Position numbers and translations under genes: made by a program | The notes under the pieces: model-generated | Told to the model about the DNA's origin: nothing | The model's database searches: none | What the model saw: only the letters and a program-made list of their open reading frames with translations | Assembly: GCA_010909165.1 (NCBI GenBank) | Contig: MU008186.1 | Coordinates: 310,001-374,000 of the forward strand | From: Anthoceros angustus | Taxonomy: Eukaryota; Plantae; Anthocerotophyta | Reading direction: 5' to 3' | Length of the DNA: 64,000 nt | Shown here: piece after piece, positions 1 to 11,667 of the stretch | How the letters are laid out: each line of letters starts with the position of its first letter | How positions within the stretch are numbered: the first letter of the stretch is position 1

Positions 1-1294
1 CCCACCAGCATCATTTCAGGGCACGCTCTTGCCTCTTCCACGGTGATGTTGCCCACACGGATCCCAGTGAGAAGGCCGGCACCGTTGGAATGCGGCCCTG
101 CTGCTGACGCCTGACTGCGTTGCTTGGACAGGAAGTCAGTCGCAAGGGCCAGCATCCTCTTGGCAGTGCAGCCTGCCAGAACCTTGTCGAAAGAGGGCAC
201 CAGCAACACTCCAGAGCTGTTCACGAATGCCACGTTCATGTTGGGGCCTTCGGCTATGAATCCCTCCTCATCCAGCCAGATGCCAGCCTCCGTGTGACCA
301 TCTATGGCCTCCATCTTGGCAAGGGCATTTGGGAGATAGTTCACACTTTTGACTGTTGCAAACTGGGGTGGCTTGATGGGAACAGAAGTGGTGATCACAG
401 ACACCTGCTCCACATGTTTTTCTGTCTCTTCCACCACTATCGCATAGAAGGTGGATCTCACACACCTTGATGGAGAGAGGAGGAAGTTACCAGGACCAGC
501 AGAGAGCCAATATCGCAGTAATCCGTTGCGAGAGTTGGATACTGCAGTTGTCTGTATCAGAATGTCCCTCATGGTTGCCCTGTCAAAGGGAAGAGTGATT
601 CTGGCCTTGGCTGCCGACGTGAGAAATCGGTCTAGGTGAGCATCCAGCTCGTACAGATACCTGCCGCATGCAACAAAGCATCATCAAGAGCCCACCACTT
701 CATTGAGAAAGCACCCTCTCTGCAACCCAGAAGCTGAGCTCACCCATCCACGAGGAGAGCAGTATCAAACACACCGTGGCCACGATGGACCATGTGATCA
801 TCCAATGGGATGACCATTGCAGCAGGGTCGGTTGTGATTCCCCCAATCCAGCTGGAGTACATGGCTTTGAAGGTCTCCCTGGCTTCATCGTGGACATTGC
901 TAGCAAGCTTAGCAGAAACCTGCACTCAAACCCAGCCGGACGATGTCAAAAACCCAAATTGACAAAATCAAAAAGAAACTCAAGCGAGCCAGCTAGCCAT
1001 GCTCACCTGAGACAGAGACAGCAAGGGAATGGGGATGCTGCTTCCCTCCTGCGACACCGCCTTCTTCTCTGCTTCCGCCGTCTTCTGCAGATGCGAAAAC
1101 CCATCTCCTCTCAGACCGAAGCTCAGCTCAGCTTCTTCAAGTCACGTCACACACAAGCTGCCACCACACTCAAGGTTCCTTGCCTGGGCAACTGCGGGAG
1201 ACAACGATCTGCTTGCTGCACGCACAACTACACCACCTTGAGGGACTGGGCAGCGGACCATCATGCCAACATTCGCTGCTGCTGCTGCAGCCAT
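1..1294 (-). CDS. DAAT: D-amino-acid transaminase / 4-amino-4-deoxychorismate lyase (class IV PLP aminotransferase), plastid-type; 3' end runs off the window
   Basis: Spliced exons ~1294-1150, 1084-1007, 919-744, 660-<1 with GT-AG introns. Motifs AMYSSWIGGITTDPAAMVIPLDDHMVHRGHGVFDTA, YLYELDAHLDRF, VKSVNYLPNAL, GIWLDEEGFIAEGPNMNVAF. Ala/Ser/Arg-rich N-terminus. The first donor position is approximate. Confidence 0.9.
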
Positions 1295-1722
1295 GCTCCA
1301 TCCCCCGCCAGCCTGAGTCCTCAATCCTTGCTGCCACAACCCACAAACAAACGGAATTCCGTGAGGAAGGCAGTGAGGAACCCACCCATCAGATTCTGCC
1401 CAGCTGTCTTCCTTCTTTGTTCCTTCCAAGCGGTGCCAAGGACTGCCCGCTCACCCGAGGAGGCCGAGGCAGGTGCAGAGACGTCTCCAGCGCAGCCGCT
1501 GCACACTGACAGGCCTCCATGTCGCTCGGACCCGGAAGACCAGCGTGCGAGGTTCTTGATCATCCCTCTTCTTCTTGACCGGTGCCACCAGCCTATCTGT
1601 ATGTACGTGAATCCGTAGGGCTCTAGATATTTCAGAGCGACGGAAATACTACTCCCTTGGCGTCAGGCGTCTCACACAGGAGATTCGTGCTCTCGCCTGC
1701 TGCACAGCAGGGCGATCTCCAC

Positions 1723-2622
1723 ATGGCAGCCTCCGTCGCCCCGTCCCTGACCCTTGGACTGGGACGGTGCCTGGGCAGTGCCAAGGCGCAAGCTTGGAGC
1801 CCACAGCCCGGGGTGAGTTCCGTTGTCTGACCAGATCTGAAGCAGAGTTTGGGAGTGTGAAGTCACCCGGATGTGGCTGGCTGTGTTTAGAGCAGCAGGA
1901 AGAGGAACCAGGTGTGTGCCTTGAACAAGGGGAGCAGCAGCAACAACAGCAGCTGGGGCAATGTGGATCAGTCCAGGAGGAGGTTTTTGAAGCTGGGAGC
2001 TGAGGAAGGTGAAGGCAAGGCCGGGCTTGCGGGGGTGGAGGATTGGGGAGAGCCGGTCTCGCTTGGGACTGCCATTCTGCCAGAGGATGTGAACCTGGCC
2101 AAGCTGCAGGAGCTCCTCTTTCAGGTGAACGCATTGCCTGCAGCAGTTCCAGTTCCCAACCATTTCTGAAGAGCTTGCGGAGGCAGAGTCTATGACACAG
2201 CTGTATGCTTACCTGACGCAGTGGGGCAACAGTCTCACCCAGACCGCCAACCTGCCATTGCCACTACCTCTCAAGGTACCCGGAGTGTGGAAAATCGCAG
2301 CTTTGTGGTGGACAAGCATTGAAAGTATGTGTGTGGCTATGGCCAAGCTTTTGCAGAAACGTGTTGCCACATATTTGTATTGCAGGTTGACAGGGTTGCA
2401 GGTGGAGTCAGGCTTGGCTACATCAAGCTGACAAATGGGCTTGTGGAAGATCTGGTGTACATCGACGTGATTGTGGCTCCAGGTGTGGGGGGTGCAAAGC
2501 CAACATTTCAGGCCACCCGAAACGGGAGGTACAAGGCCCAGGTTCCTCCAGGGGAGCCCGTGATCATGCAAAGCCTTCTGCAAGCTCTTCGCAAATCCAT
2601 TGTGCTTGCCAAAAACACCTGA
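1723..2622 (+). CDS. Conserved plant protein of unknown function, probably plastid-targeted
   Basis: Four exons 1723-1812, 1891-2124, 2222-2275, 2386-2622 join in phase 0 through GT-AG introns. Core LFQWGNSLTQTANLPLPLPLKVDRVAGGVRLG...FQATRNG...PPGEPVIMQSLLQALRKSI resembles a conserved plant family I cannot name with certainty. Confidence 0.8.
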
Positions 2623-3446
2623 TCAACTGGAGGTGGAAATGGCCATGTAGGGGGTGACTAGACCACTACATGTCCACTACTTCTCATCCTAAGTTGGTCA
2701 AATCAGTACATTGCACCCGCAATACTGCAAAGCAGTTTGCATGCATCCGAGAGATTACACATCGCTTGGTACCTTCACCGGGGGCCTGTTCGGTGACAGC
2801 TTGTGCTCCTCCGGCTTCCCCCGTTGAATCTCTCCATATCCAAATTGGTCTGCAGCCCAACACTCGTGGACATGGGTACTGAAGCCAAAAACATCTACGG
2901 TTGGTAGCCATCCAATCCATGGACAAATCGTCAGCCTTACAGGTTTGCCTTGAAGGTGTTTGACCATCTCACTGATCGCAAAGGTTTTCCCCTACGTCGT
3001 ATCGCACTCATGCTTACCCAGCTTTGTGATGTGACATGCAGGGATCTCCTGACCATGTTTTGGGCGACGCCACACCTGAGGAGATACCAGCTGGAGATGC
3101 AAACAATCCTGCAAGTACTCGTAACCTGATATAGTTTGTCTTGTTGTTTGCCCTCAGGCTGTTGCAGTTCGCCTCCCCGCTAGGAGCAGCGCAATTCAAG
3201 TTTTGCCAGACGTCTACGCACTGGCACTGATGATTATCCTCAAGCCGCCTCTTGCATCCAGCTCTAGAGCAGGCCGATGCGGTGCAGTTGTTCAAAATCT
3301 GCAAATAATGCTCGAAGAAAACTGGATAAGTAGTGCCGCCAAATTTCAAGGCGCTTCCGTGACTTCAGCCTCCACTTGCTTGCTTGCCCAGCACCATGCT
3401 TGCGTGGTCCTCCTGAAGCTTGGCCCAGGGATCGATGAGTGCCTGG

Positions 3447-6400
3447 CTAGGAAATCTGGAGCTTGCCCCGCAACGTCGTTACAAGGTCGTTGTAAGACAC
3501 CTCTACCTCCTGCTTGCCTTGCATGTCTTTGAGCTTCACAATCTTGCGTTGCAGTTCCGCATCGCCCACCGAAACAACCCACGGGATTCCGTCAGTGTCT
3601 GCACGCTTGAACTCGTTAATAATCTTCGCGGGTGCGGTAGCCACGAATTCCGCTGCGATAGAGGCGTCCCATAACTCCTCCGCGATCTTGATTGCTACAT
3701 CCACCTTGTCCCTCCCGATGGCGATGACAAGCACTTGCGTCTGTTTTTCACGCACCACCTGCAGCAAACGACTGTCCTGGTTAGAGTGCCCACAAAGGTG
3801 AAATGACAAACGAGAGGAAGCCTTAGGTCCATTCCTCCACCTACCTTTCTCTTGTCTTCTTCCATGATGGCAAACACTCGCTCGATTCCCAAGCTCATCC
3901 CTACAGCAGGTACATCCTTGGGGCTGAACATGCCTACCAGTTTGTCATACCTGCCTCCAGCCGCTATTGAGCCTACCTGCAAAAGCCCAACAAGGAGTCG
4001 AGTCAACAACGTGAAGAGCTTTTGATGTGGGCATAAAAGGAGAATCAGGGAGGAGCTCATCGCGCACCTGCACAGTACCCTTGAACACCGCCTCAAAAAT
4101 CACGCCTGTGTAGTAGTCCAAGCCTCGAGCGAGGCTCAGGTCAAACAGAAATCGGCGTAGACATTTTCCAGACAAGTATTTGAAGAGCAAACCCAGCTCG
4201 TCCAGGGCAGATTTCGCCCCATCATGCTGCAAAAAGACACTGCCTTCTTGGAGCAACTCCGCCAACAGATCCAGTGGCTCGCCATGTTTCTGCACCAACA
4301 GACCAAGTTTGTCTGCTGTCTCTGCAGTCAGACCCTTCTCCTCTACCATTTCTCTCCGAACTTGCTCCCAGGGCAGCTTGTCAAGCTTGTCGATGGCTGA
4401 ACAAATAGACCTGAATTTCGATGCAGGAACTCCACTAACCTCCAGCATTGCATCCAGCAATCGTCTGTGGTTTAGCTTTATCTGAAACCAACAACAGCGT
4501 CGGTCTCTTCTCTTCTCCGGGCTTCCTTCATTTATGAATACAGAAGACAACGTATGAGAAGCTTACCATATAGTCGCCGATATCGAGCCCATCCAGGAGT
4601 TCAGTCAAAATTTTCAAAACTTCATAGTCTGGCACCATGGACTGATACTGGCCAGCTATGTCAAAGTCGCATTGATAGAACTCCCGAAACCGTCCTTTAG
4701 ATGGGTTATCTCGTCTGTACACCTTAGCTATCTGGTACCGTTTCATGCTGCTTGAGCCACTTGTTGCCAAATACCGAGCAAATGGCACAGTAAGATCGTA
4801 TCTCAAAGACAACCGCTCTCCGCCCTGCAGCTCCCAAAATATCAGACCACCCTGTCAGCCCATATCGCCAAGCAACAACAGCAGCAACAAAGAATGCCGG
4901 TACAAGACTCCAAATACACTCGACTCACCTGATCCGCAAGGTCATATATTAACTTGGAGTCTTCACCGTACTTGCCCATGAGAGTCTCACGAAGTTCAAA
5001 GACTGGTGTGTCTATCGCTCCAGCACCATGCCGCTTGAAAACTGAGGTTATAATACTAAAGGCGTTGTCTCTAACAGCCATTTGCTTTGGCGCAAAATCC
5101 CTAGCGCCCTGCACAATCACATCCATCAATTTCAAGCAACTTACATGGTGTATCAATCAAGCAATCGTCCAAGAATTAAGATGAGAAGGGGACAGTCCAC
5201 ACAGTCAATACCTTGGCAACCTTGGGAACCCCACGAGATTCATTGCTCTCCACAAGTGCCTTGACATCAGCAAGAAGAGCTTGCAGCTCCCTATCTTCGG
5301 GCCTAAAAAACTTCTCCAGACAGCGAGCCCACTCCGTCAGCCGGTCTCCTGCATCTATCTCTGGCTGCAATCGCAATCGCTTTGAAAGAATTCCAGTGAG
5401 ACCCTGTCGCACAAACGCAGTTCCCTTTCCCGTAACAGGCCCCTGGTTTCCCTTCTTCTTCTTCTTCTCGACAATCACCTGTGCTGCTCCCTGACCTAAG
5501 TCTTTACTCAAGCCATTGCTCTCCACGCCCTTCTCTTCACTCTCCTTATCGCCAAGGACCGGAGCCAGCACTGCCAGCGCAGTTGTTGCCTCACATGCCA
5601 GACGATTCGTTGCCCTCACCGCCTCATCGGGACCATACTCGGGTCTTCCAATACTTCCATCGCTAGGAAAGGGAGCTTCGAATCGCGCCAAGTCCCCCGC
5701 CAAGATGTGACGCCCGACTGCAGACCTTTCCTCGCTGTTGGCAGCCAGCGTCCGCAGATCGCTGGACAAGGAACCAGCACTCCTGGCCACCGACAGCGTC
5801 GTCGGAGACCTGCAGCCCCAGTTGATCCTAACAGCCACCACCTCCGTAGCCGACTTGAGCGACTCGCGGAGCCCGCCATGAGTCTCCGGGATGCAGGAAA
5901 TGAATTCCCCAGACGTCGCTCCTTTCCTCGGGTTCACAAGACTTGATCCTGCCAGCAGCGTCCTCAACGCACTGGCAACGTCGGCTGCATGCCTCTCGGG
6001 AAACAGATCAAATTCGCGGGTATCCGCCTTCAACGCCTCGCAAGACAGCGCGGCAATGGCATCCGCCAGCACCGGCAAATGGGAGGCCCTGTGGACAAGC
6101 AAGGCAGCTTTTCCCAACGCTGCAGCATTGGATTGCTGGATGTCTTCCAGCTCCTCCTTGGTGACGCCCTCCGCCTTCCGGCTGTACATAGCACGCACAA
6201 TGGACACCACGTCCGGGTCCCCGTCCTCGCCCTTAGTGAACTCGATCTCGATGTCCTCATTCAGCAGTTCCACAAGAAACAGAGGCACCACAGGTCTCAG
6301 CTTCGTCCCCGCGTTGCCGCTGCGCAGCAGCTTGTTCAGCAGCACAACCAGGCTGGCTCGCACCTCCTTCCTGTCACAATCTGCCTCCCTCTGGCCAGGA

Positions 6401-6585
6401 GCCGGGATGGCATCCTCAGGCAGCACCGGCGCAGCTGCTGCCGCTCCTCCCTTAGATCCAGGCTTCACGGTCACCAGACTCTCCCGATCTGCAGACCCCA
6501 GCTCCACCTTTGCCTTGAGGACTGCCACGTTGTATACTGCCTCAATGGACAGGTCTGCATCCTTGGTGACCACCACGCTCGCCAT
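3447..6585 (-). CDS. HARS: Cytosolic histidyl-tRNA synthetase with the plant N-terminal ammonia-lyase-like extension
   Basis: Exons 6585-5212, 5108-4929, 4824-4567, 4481-4068, 3976-3845, 3758-3447, all GT-AG and in frame. Motifs [63 protein letters not shown]...GIERVF and a C-terminal anticodon-binding domain. Confidence 0.97.
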
Positions 6586-6794
6586 CGCTCCTCCGGTCGA
6601 AGCGAAAAAGACGTACAAGGCCTAGGTCGGTCGAATTTCAACAACCCAGTGCCTCCATCCGGTGGCCTACTAGAGAGGGCAGTTGAGCTTGCCCTGCTCG
6701 GACGTCGAGCCGAAATGGAAAAGGGAAAGGCAGCTACAGCTTAATTTCGAACGAGCTCCAACTGGCCATGCGCAAGGGCATGGGCATGGCACTA

Positions 6795-7530
6795 TGGCAG
6801 AGGACGGAAACCAGTTGCCAGCGAGAGGAACATCTCGTCAGGGTGGAGAAGTGAAGAAGACGCAGGACGTACTCATCGCTCAGGCACAGCAACGGCTGAA
6901 GCAGGCGAAAAACAGGCTCGCTTTGTGCAAAGCTCAGCTGCTAGGTCTGCCCCTCTTGGTTCAGTCTTAGTGCAGGATCTGCATTCCCGCAATGTGCTTG
7001 TGTGAGATTGTATCCGTCACATTGCGTGCTTAGCTGTCTGTGTTCCATCCCGAAAACAGCTCAGCAGAAGAGAGATCGAGGTTGCTTGCGAGGCTTTGAC
7101 TGAGGCTGGGATTGAGATGGAAAGCATCAACTTTGAAAAGAAGCAAGTTACCCTGCAATGGAAGTCTTCTTTGGTCGTGCTGGCAATATGTGATGAAGCT
7201 TATCAGGGTGAGGAGGGATGCCAGTTTTCTTGTTTCAGGAGTGTGTGCTGAGTAACTTGCATCTAAGCTGGTCCACCTTGCATATATCCTCGGTATTATG
7301 TGTGCAGCCGTTGCTGAATTTTCAGTAGCTCAACAGAAGGAGCAAGAAACAGCCGTCGAAGCTGAAAAGGAAGCATTTTGTAAAGCTACAACTGAGGAGA
7401 AGCAGACGATTGTCACAATGGTGGAGCTGTTGGCAAAGATGGAGCTGCAGTTGAAGATGTTACTCAAGCAAGTCGAGCGGGTAGTGGACAAGCGACTCGG
7501 AATACAATGGCAGTATGGGAAGTACTGGTA
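6795..7530 (+). pseudogene. CCDC40: CCDC40/FAP172-like (axonemal coiled-coil) internal gene fragment, three exons, frameshifted
   Basis: KKTQDVLIAQAQQRLKQAKNRLALCKAQLL | EALTEAGIEMESINFEKKQVTLQWKSSLVVLAICDEAYQ | QKEQETAVEAEKEAFCKA matches the CCDC40 pattern K-Q-D-L...EA-EM/I-IxxEK-x-QWxSSL...DEA. Introns are retained; there is a 1-nt phase shift at the start of exon 2; the rest of the gene is absent. Confidence 0.7.
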
Positions 7531-7789
7531 TCGTTTTCTGATATACATGCCTATATAGCAACTGTCCAACAGCAGATCACTGCTACCGACGTGCAGATCA
7601 AGGTTGGTGTCAAAATCCAGTTCTACTCGGTCAGCGTAAGCATTGGTATCAAGCATGCGCAAGCCTGGGCACCCCAGCTTTGGAAGGGAAACTACCTTCG
7701 TCTGCAAGTCAGAGAACATGGACACTGAGCTGATGTATTTGTAGCCAGCAGTTTGGTCTATGCAATTGCAGGGTATTCCCAGCAATTAG

Positions 7790-8330
7790 AGCTGCCAGCT
7801 TTGCATGTGGGCAGGAAGCTTCATTCACAGATTGTAGAACAAGGGAGCCTGAGCAAGGGAGCCCTTGTTCTTCAATTTGGTAGATGGCAGTTTGATGAAC
7901 ATGTATGGCAAGTGTAGGAGCATGGCGGATGCGCAGCAGGTATTTGATGCATTGTCAGGAAGAGACGTTGTCACCTGGAGTACGCTGATTGCAGGCTACA
8001 CCTGTCAAGGAGACACTGAAGCGGTCTTTGATTCGGTCAGCGAATGAGAGAGAATGGCATACATACAGCCAGCCAGCCATGCGGGTCTAGTGAACGAGGG
8101 GCTAGAGTACTTTGAGGCCATGAGCAGAGATCTTTGCATCAGTACCGCAGTGAGCACCACTCATGCATGCTGGATCTCTTGGACCGTGGGACATCAACAC
8201 ATATGCTCCAGCATCTTTTCTGTCTAGCTTCACTGCTTCATCAAAGGCGTCCCACCTCCAGGCTGCTCCACTTTTGACAAGCACCCAGTAGTGCGCACCA
8301 AACTGCAGCATCAGGCTGTACAGGTATCCT
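7790..8330. pseudogene. Scrambled PLS-PPR pseudogene (L-S-P2-L2 on +, E1/E2 piece inverted on -)
   Basis: + strand: GRKLHSQI...SLMNMYGKCRSMADAQQVFDAL..RDVVTWSTLIAGY...SHAGLVNEGLEYFEAMS with a stop and frameshifts. - strand ~8190-8330: AFDEAVKLDRKDAGAYVLMS. Confidence 0.8.
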
Positions 8331-8379
8331 CCTCACCAGGTCGGCACGCACGACCCTGTAGATCCACCCATGCACATGA

Positions 8380-9095
8380 CTGCATACTGTTGGCAAACTG
8401 AGGGATGCGATGCTGCATGCAGTCCTCCCTCATTCTGAGAACTAGCTGAAAGACCCGTTCACTGAGGGATGTGATGCTGTATGCAGTCCTCCATCATTCT
8501 GGGCACTAGCTGAAAGGCCTGAAAGGTCTGAGCTCGGATCTGAGGTTGGCGAGGAGCTCCTGTCTCTAGCAGCCATGACTGCACACCCGGGTGAATGAGC
8601 TAGAAGACAATCACTGAAAATGGGGGCGAGAGGACAGGTCATCGAAACGAGAGGTACAGGATAGATGAGACGATAAGCAAAGGGAAATAGAATACTAAAT
8701 AATCAAGTAAATAGGGAAGAGGTAGAAGAAGAAGAAGAATTTTATTGAAGTCCACTACGGACGGCTTTCCGTCATTGGACTTTGGTACTTTACAACTTGT
8801 ACCATGGTGTGCATCAGCTACTTGCACCGAGGGCATCCACTCCTTTTAGGCATCCACTCCTTTTAGGCACCCCATCTAAGTAGGTATCTACTCCCTTTAA
8901 ACACCCCCATCTAAGTAGGTATCTACTCCCTTTAAACATCCCATCTAAGTATCGATCTAAGTTCAGGATGCTTAATCACGAGGTTCTTATAAATGTGTGT
9001 CCATTTGGCCCAAGCCATCGTTCTTATAAATGTATGTCCATTTGGCCTAAGCCATCGTTCTTATAAATATATGTCCATTTGGCCTAAGCCATTTG
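8380..9095. repeat. Cluster of short tandem duplications (about 63-bp x2, 17-bp x2, 34-bp x2, 38-bp x3), probably a TE remnant
   Basis: actgagggatg..ctagctgaaag x2; gcatccactccttttag x2; cccatctaagtaggtatctactccctttaaaca x2; ttcttataaatgtgtgtccatttggcc.aagccatcg x3. Confidence 0.7.
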
Positions 9096-9576
9096 GACGG
9101 AGTCCTCATCCATTCTCCTGTAACTAATAATTCATAATAACAGCAAAAACGCCAAAAATGGGGCAAAGAGGCAGCCGGCCTTCTGGGGTTAAACTACGAA
9201 AATGTTTGCCCAACTTTGGACCCGGCCCGCTCCTCCTCCAGACTCTTAACTGGAGCCACAGTTTCCTACAGTTTTCCTTACTTAGGAAAGTCGTTTGCAT
9301 TTGTGAAAGGCCCTTCAAGCTCCTTGTTCTCGAACTTTTGCATAAAGCTGTTTACCCTTTTCCAAAGCAAGGGGGCCCACACTTGCACGTCTGTTGCAAG
9401 CAGCAAAAGGCACAATGACAGAATAGGGTGCAACCATGCCCTCATCTTGCATCGCACTGTAGAGACCAACGCCTTCCTGACCCCTGGCATGCCTTGCTGG
9501 CTGGGAGTAACCCTAATATCACTGGAAGGATGTGGCGGCTGTGTGCTTCCCTTCCCGAATGAGGGTGGTGCGGGGA

Positions 9577-9623
9577 GGGCTAGGGTTAGGGCTAGAGTTA
9601 GGGCTAGGGTTTAGGGTTTAGGG
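9577..9623 (+). repeat. Degenerate interstitial telomere-like tract
   Basis: gggctagggttagggctagagttagggctagggtttagggtttaggg (CTAGGG/TTAGGG/TTTAGGG units). Confidence 0.7.
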
Positions 9624-10777
9624 ACCCTGTTGAAGGAGGCGTGCACAGTACAAATAGAAGCAGTCCTCAGGGTCAGTGGCATCTGCTCATCCAGGGCACC
9701 CCCCTCGGGTGGGCAGGGGCCAGGAGTCCTGCAGTGACGCATTTCGGTCGATGGTTGCGGCCTTTCCCTTTTGTGCCCATGTTGCCCTGGCTAGGATATC
9801 TTCCGCGGTGTTCTTTTGACTTGAAGAGAGTTCATCAAGTCTGTGAACATGTCATCGTTCAGGTCGTCCCAGAAACCAATGGTGAGCCAATGCAGAGATG
9901 CCTTCTCCTCTAGGGATCTCAGGGCTGGGTTTTGTAGCGGTTGTTGCCCGTTAGAAATGTGAGGCTGAGGTTGTAACTCTTGTTCTCGCTTGGCAGGCCC
10001 TCTAAGGTTTTTGTTGTAGCACGATGCATTGCTGCTTGAGAGAGCGCGTCTGGGAAGTACATCATGGAGGATGAGATGGACGACTGGCGCACCCTGACGC
10101 CCGAGCTGCAGCAGCTGGTGCTCGATCTGGCCCTGAGCGCGGTGTACCGTCCGTTCTATCCGCTAATTTTTTGTAGAACGGAGGAAGGTACTACAGTCCC
10201 TCAGGAGTTGGTTCTGGTGAAGGGGGGAGGTATGGGCGAGCGCGGATGCGCGTGTCGACAGCTTGCTAAGTGCCGGAGTCTCGTCGTCATGAAGTTTCCC
10301 CCCCTGTGGAAGATCAGCGCGCATCCCCGTCCTTTTCCTTTTGAGACGTAAGTGCGGTGTGGATGCTCCTCGTGCCGTTTCAGCCCCATTGCAGAGCACT
10401 GCCGTTTCTATGCTGGAAGAGTGTTACTGGCCACGCCTTCTAGAAAGCGCCTCTGATACCCTTGGAGGATAAGGCATCTCTGTCAGAGTTCCCTTGGAGC
10501 GAGAGCTGGACGAAAAGGGGGTTGAAGGGTTAACGTTGGTATCTGGGACGACCTGAACGATGACATACTCAAAGACTTGATGCAGACTCTTCAAGTCTGC
10601 AGGATACTGAGGAAGATTTTTATACCCCGGACTACATGGGCACAGAAGGGATAGGCTGTAATCATCGATCCAGCCTTGGCAAGAAATGCTGCACTTGCCT
10701 TTGCTAATCTGTAGAGAAGGGTGGACCAGAGTATTCCTGTGCTGGATGTATGGACTCTCTGAAAAGTGTGTTGTAGC

Positions 10778-11107
10778 CGTTGCTGAGGGGCCGAATGACT
10801 GCCCTTCGCACGAGTTTGTCACCCTCCTGCATACAGACGCTGAGATCCAGAATCGGTTGTACTTTGTTTCGTCCTTAAGCATGTAAATTGTTCCCTTCCT
10901 TTTAAGCAAGTCCTTCTGGAAACCTTTTGATGAAAAAGTGAACGTTGCTAAGGGGCCGAATGACTGCCCTTCGCACGAGTTTGTCACCCTCCTGCATACA
11001 GACGCTGAGATCCAGAATCGGTTGTACTTTGTTTCGTCCTTAAGCATGTAAATTGTTCCCTTCCTTTTAAGCAAGTCCTTCTGGAAACCTTTTGATGAAA
11101 AAGTGAA
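10778..11107. repeat. Near-perfect 165-bp tandem duplication
   Basis: Units start at 10778 and 10943; the duplication is visible as a repeated 55-aa block in ORF 10424-11125(-). Confidence 0.9.
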
Positions 11108-11667
11108 AATTCTGCACAATGTCAACCCAAAGATTTTGATGAAACATCTTGGCCGGGCTGAGAAAAGTTATCCAGTTAGTTCAGATTTCCATCTCCGCAA
11201 CTAGATAGGTGGTTTCATGGGAACATCTCTTCTCAATGAGGAAAATCACGGGTTCCGCTAGATCGAGTCAAGATTGGAGTGTCTCGGGTGACTGAGTGCC
11301 TACGAAAGGCTGATGATACAGGGCAAACACTGCTTTCCTTCCCCACAGTTTCAACCAATAGCGGCTGGAACCTCTTATGTTCTATCCCATGGTATGCATT
11401 CCTAGCCCAGCAAAAATTAGTTGTCGACCTTCGGTAGTGTCACCATGGGATCCAGCAAATGTGTAGCAGAAGAAGGAGAGCTGTACAAGACTAGAAGATG
11501 TTTTGCTTTAGCTTGAATCCAAGTACACACACATCATTTTCACCTGGAAACTGCTTAGGAGTCTACTGGAGATGCTTTGCCGAGTTTGTATGGGCCGGTA
11601 GGGAATTGGCCATGCCTGGTCCGAAGCCTACGGTGAATGTGAGGGAAGCCAGCGATCTGGTACCAGA

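Noticed and set aside
1142-1144. In-frame TGA within the DAAT transit-peptide frame (possible readthrough or recoding)
   Set aside because: It falls in a plausible short GT...ctgcag intron ending at 1085.
776-1618. 280-aa + strand ORF
   Set aside because: Antisense shadow over DAAT exons, introns and 5' region; no recognisable motif.
5891-6744. Two ~250-aa + strand ORFs
   Set aside because: GC-rich antisense shadows of HisRS exon 1.
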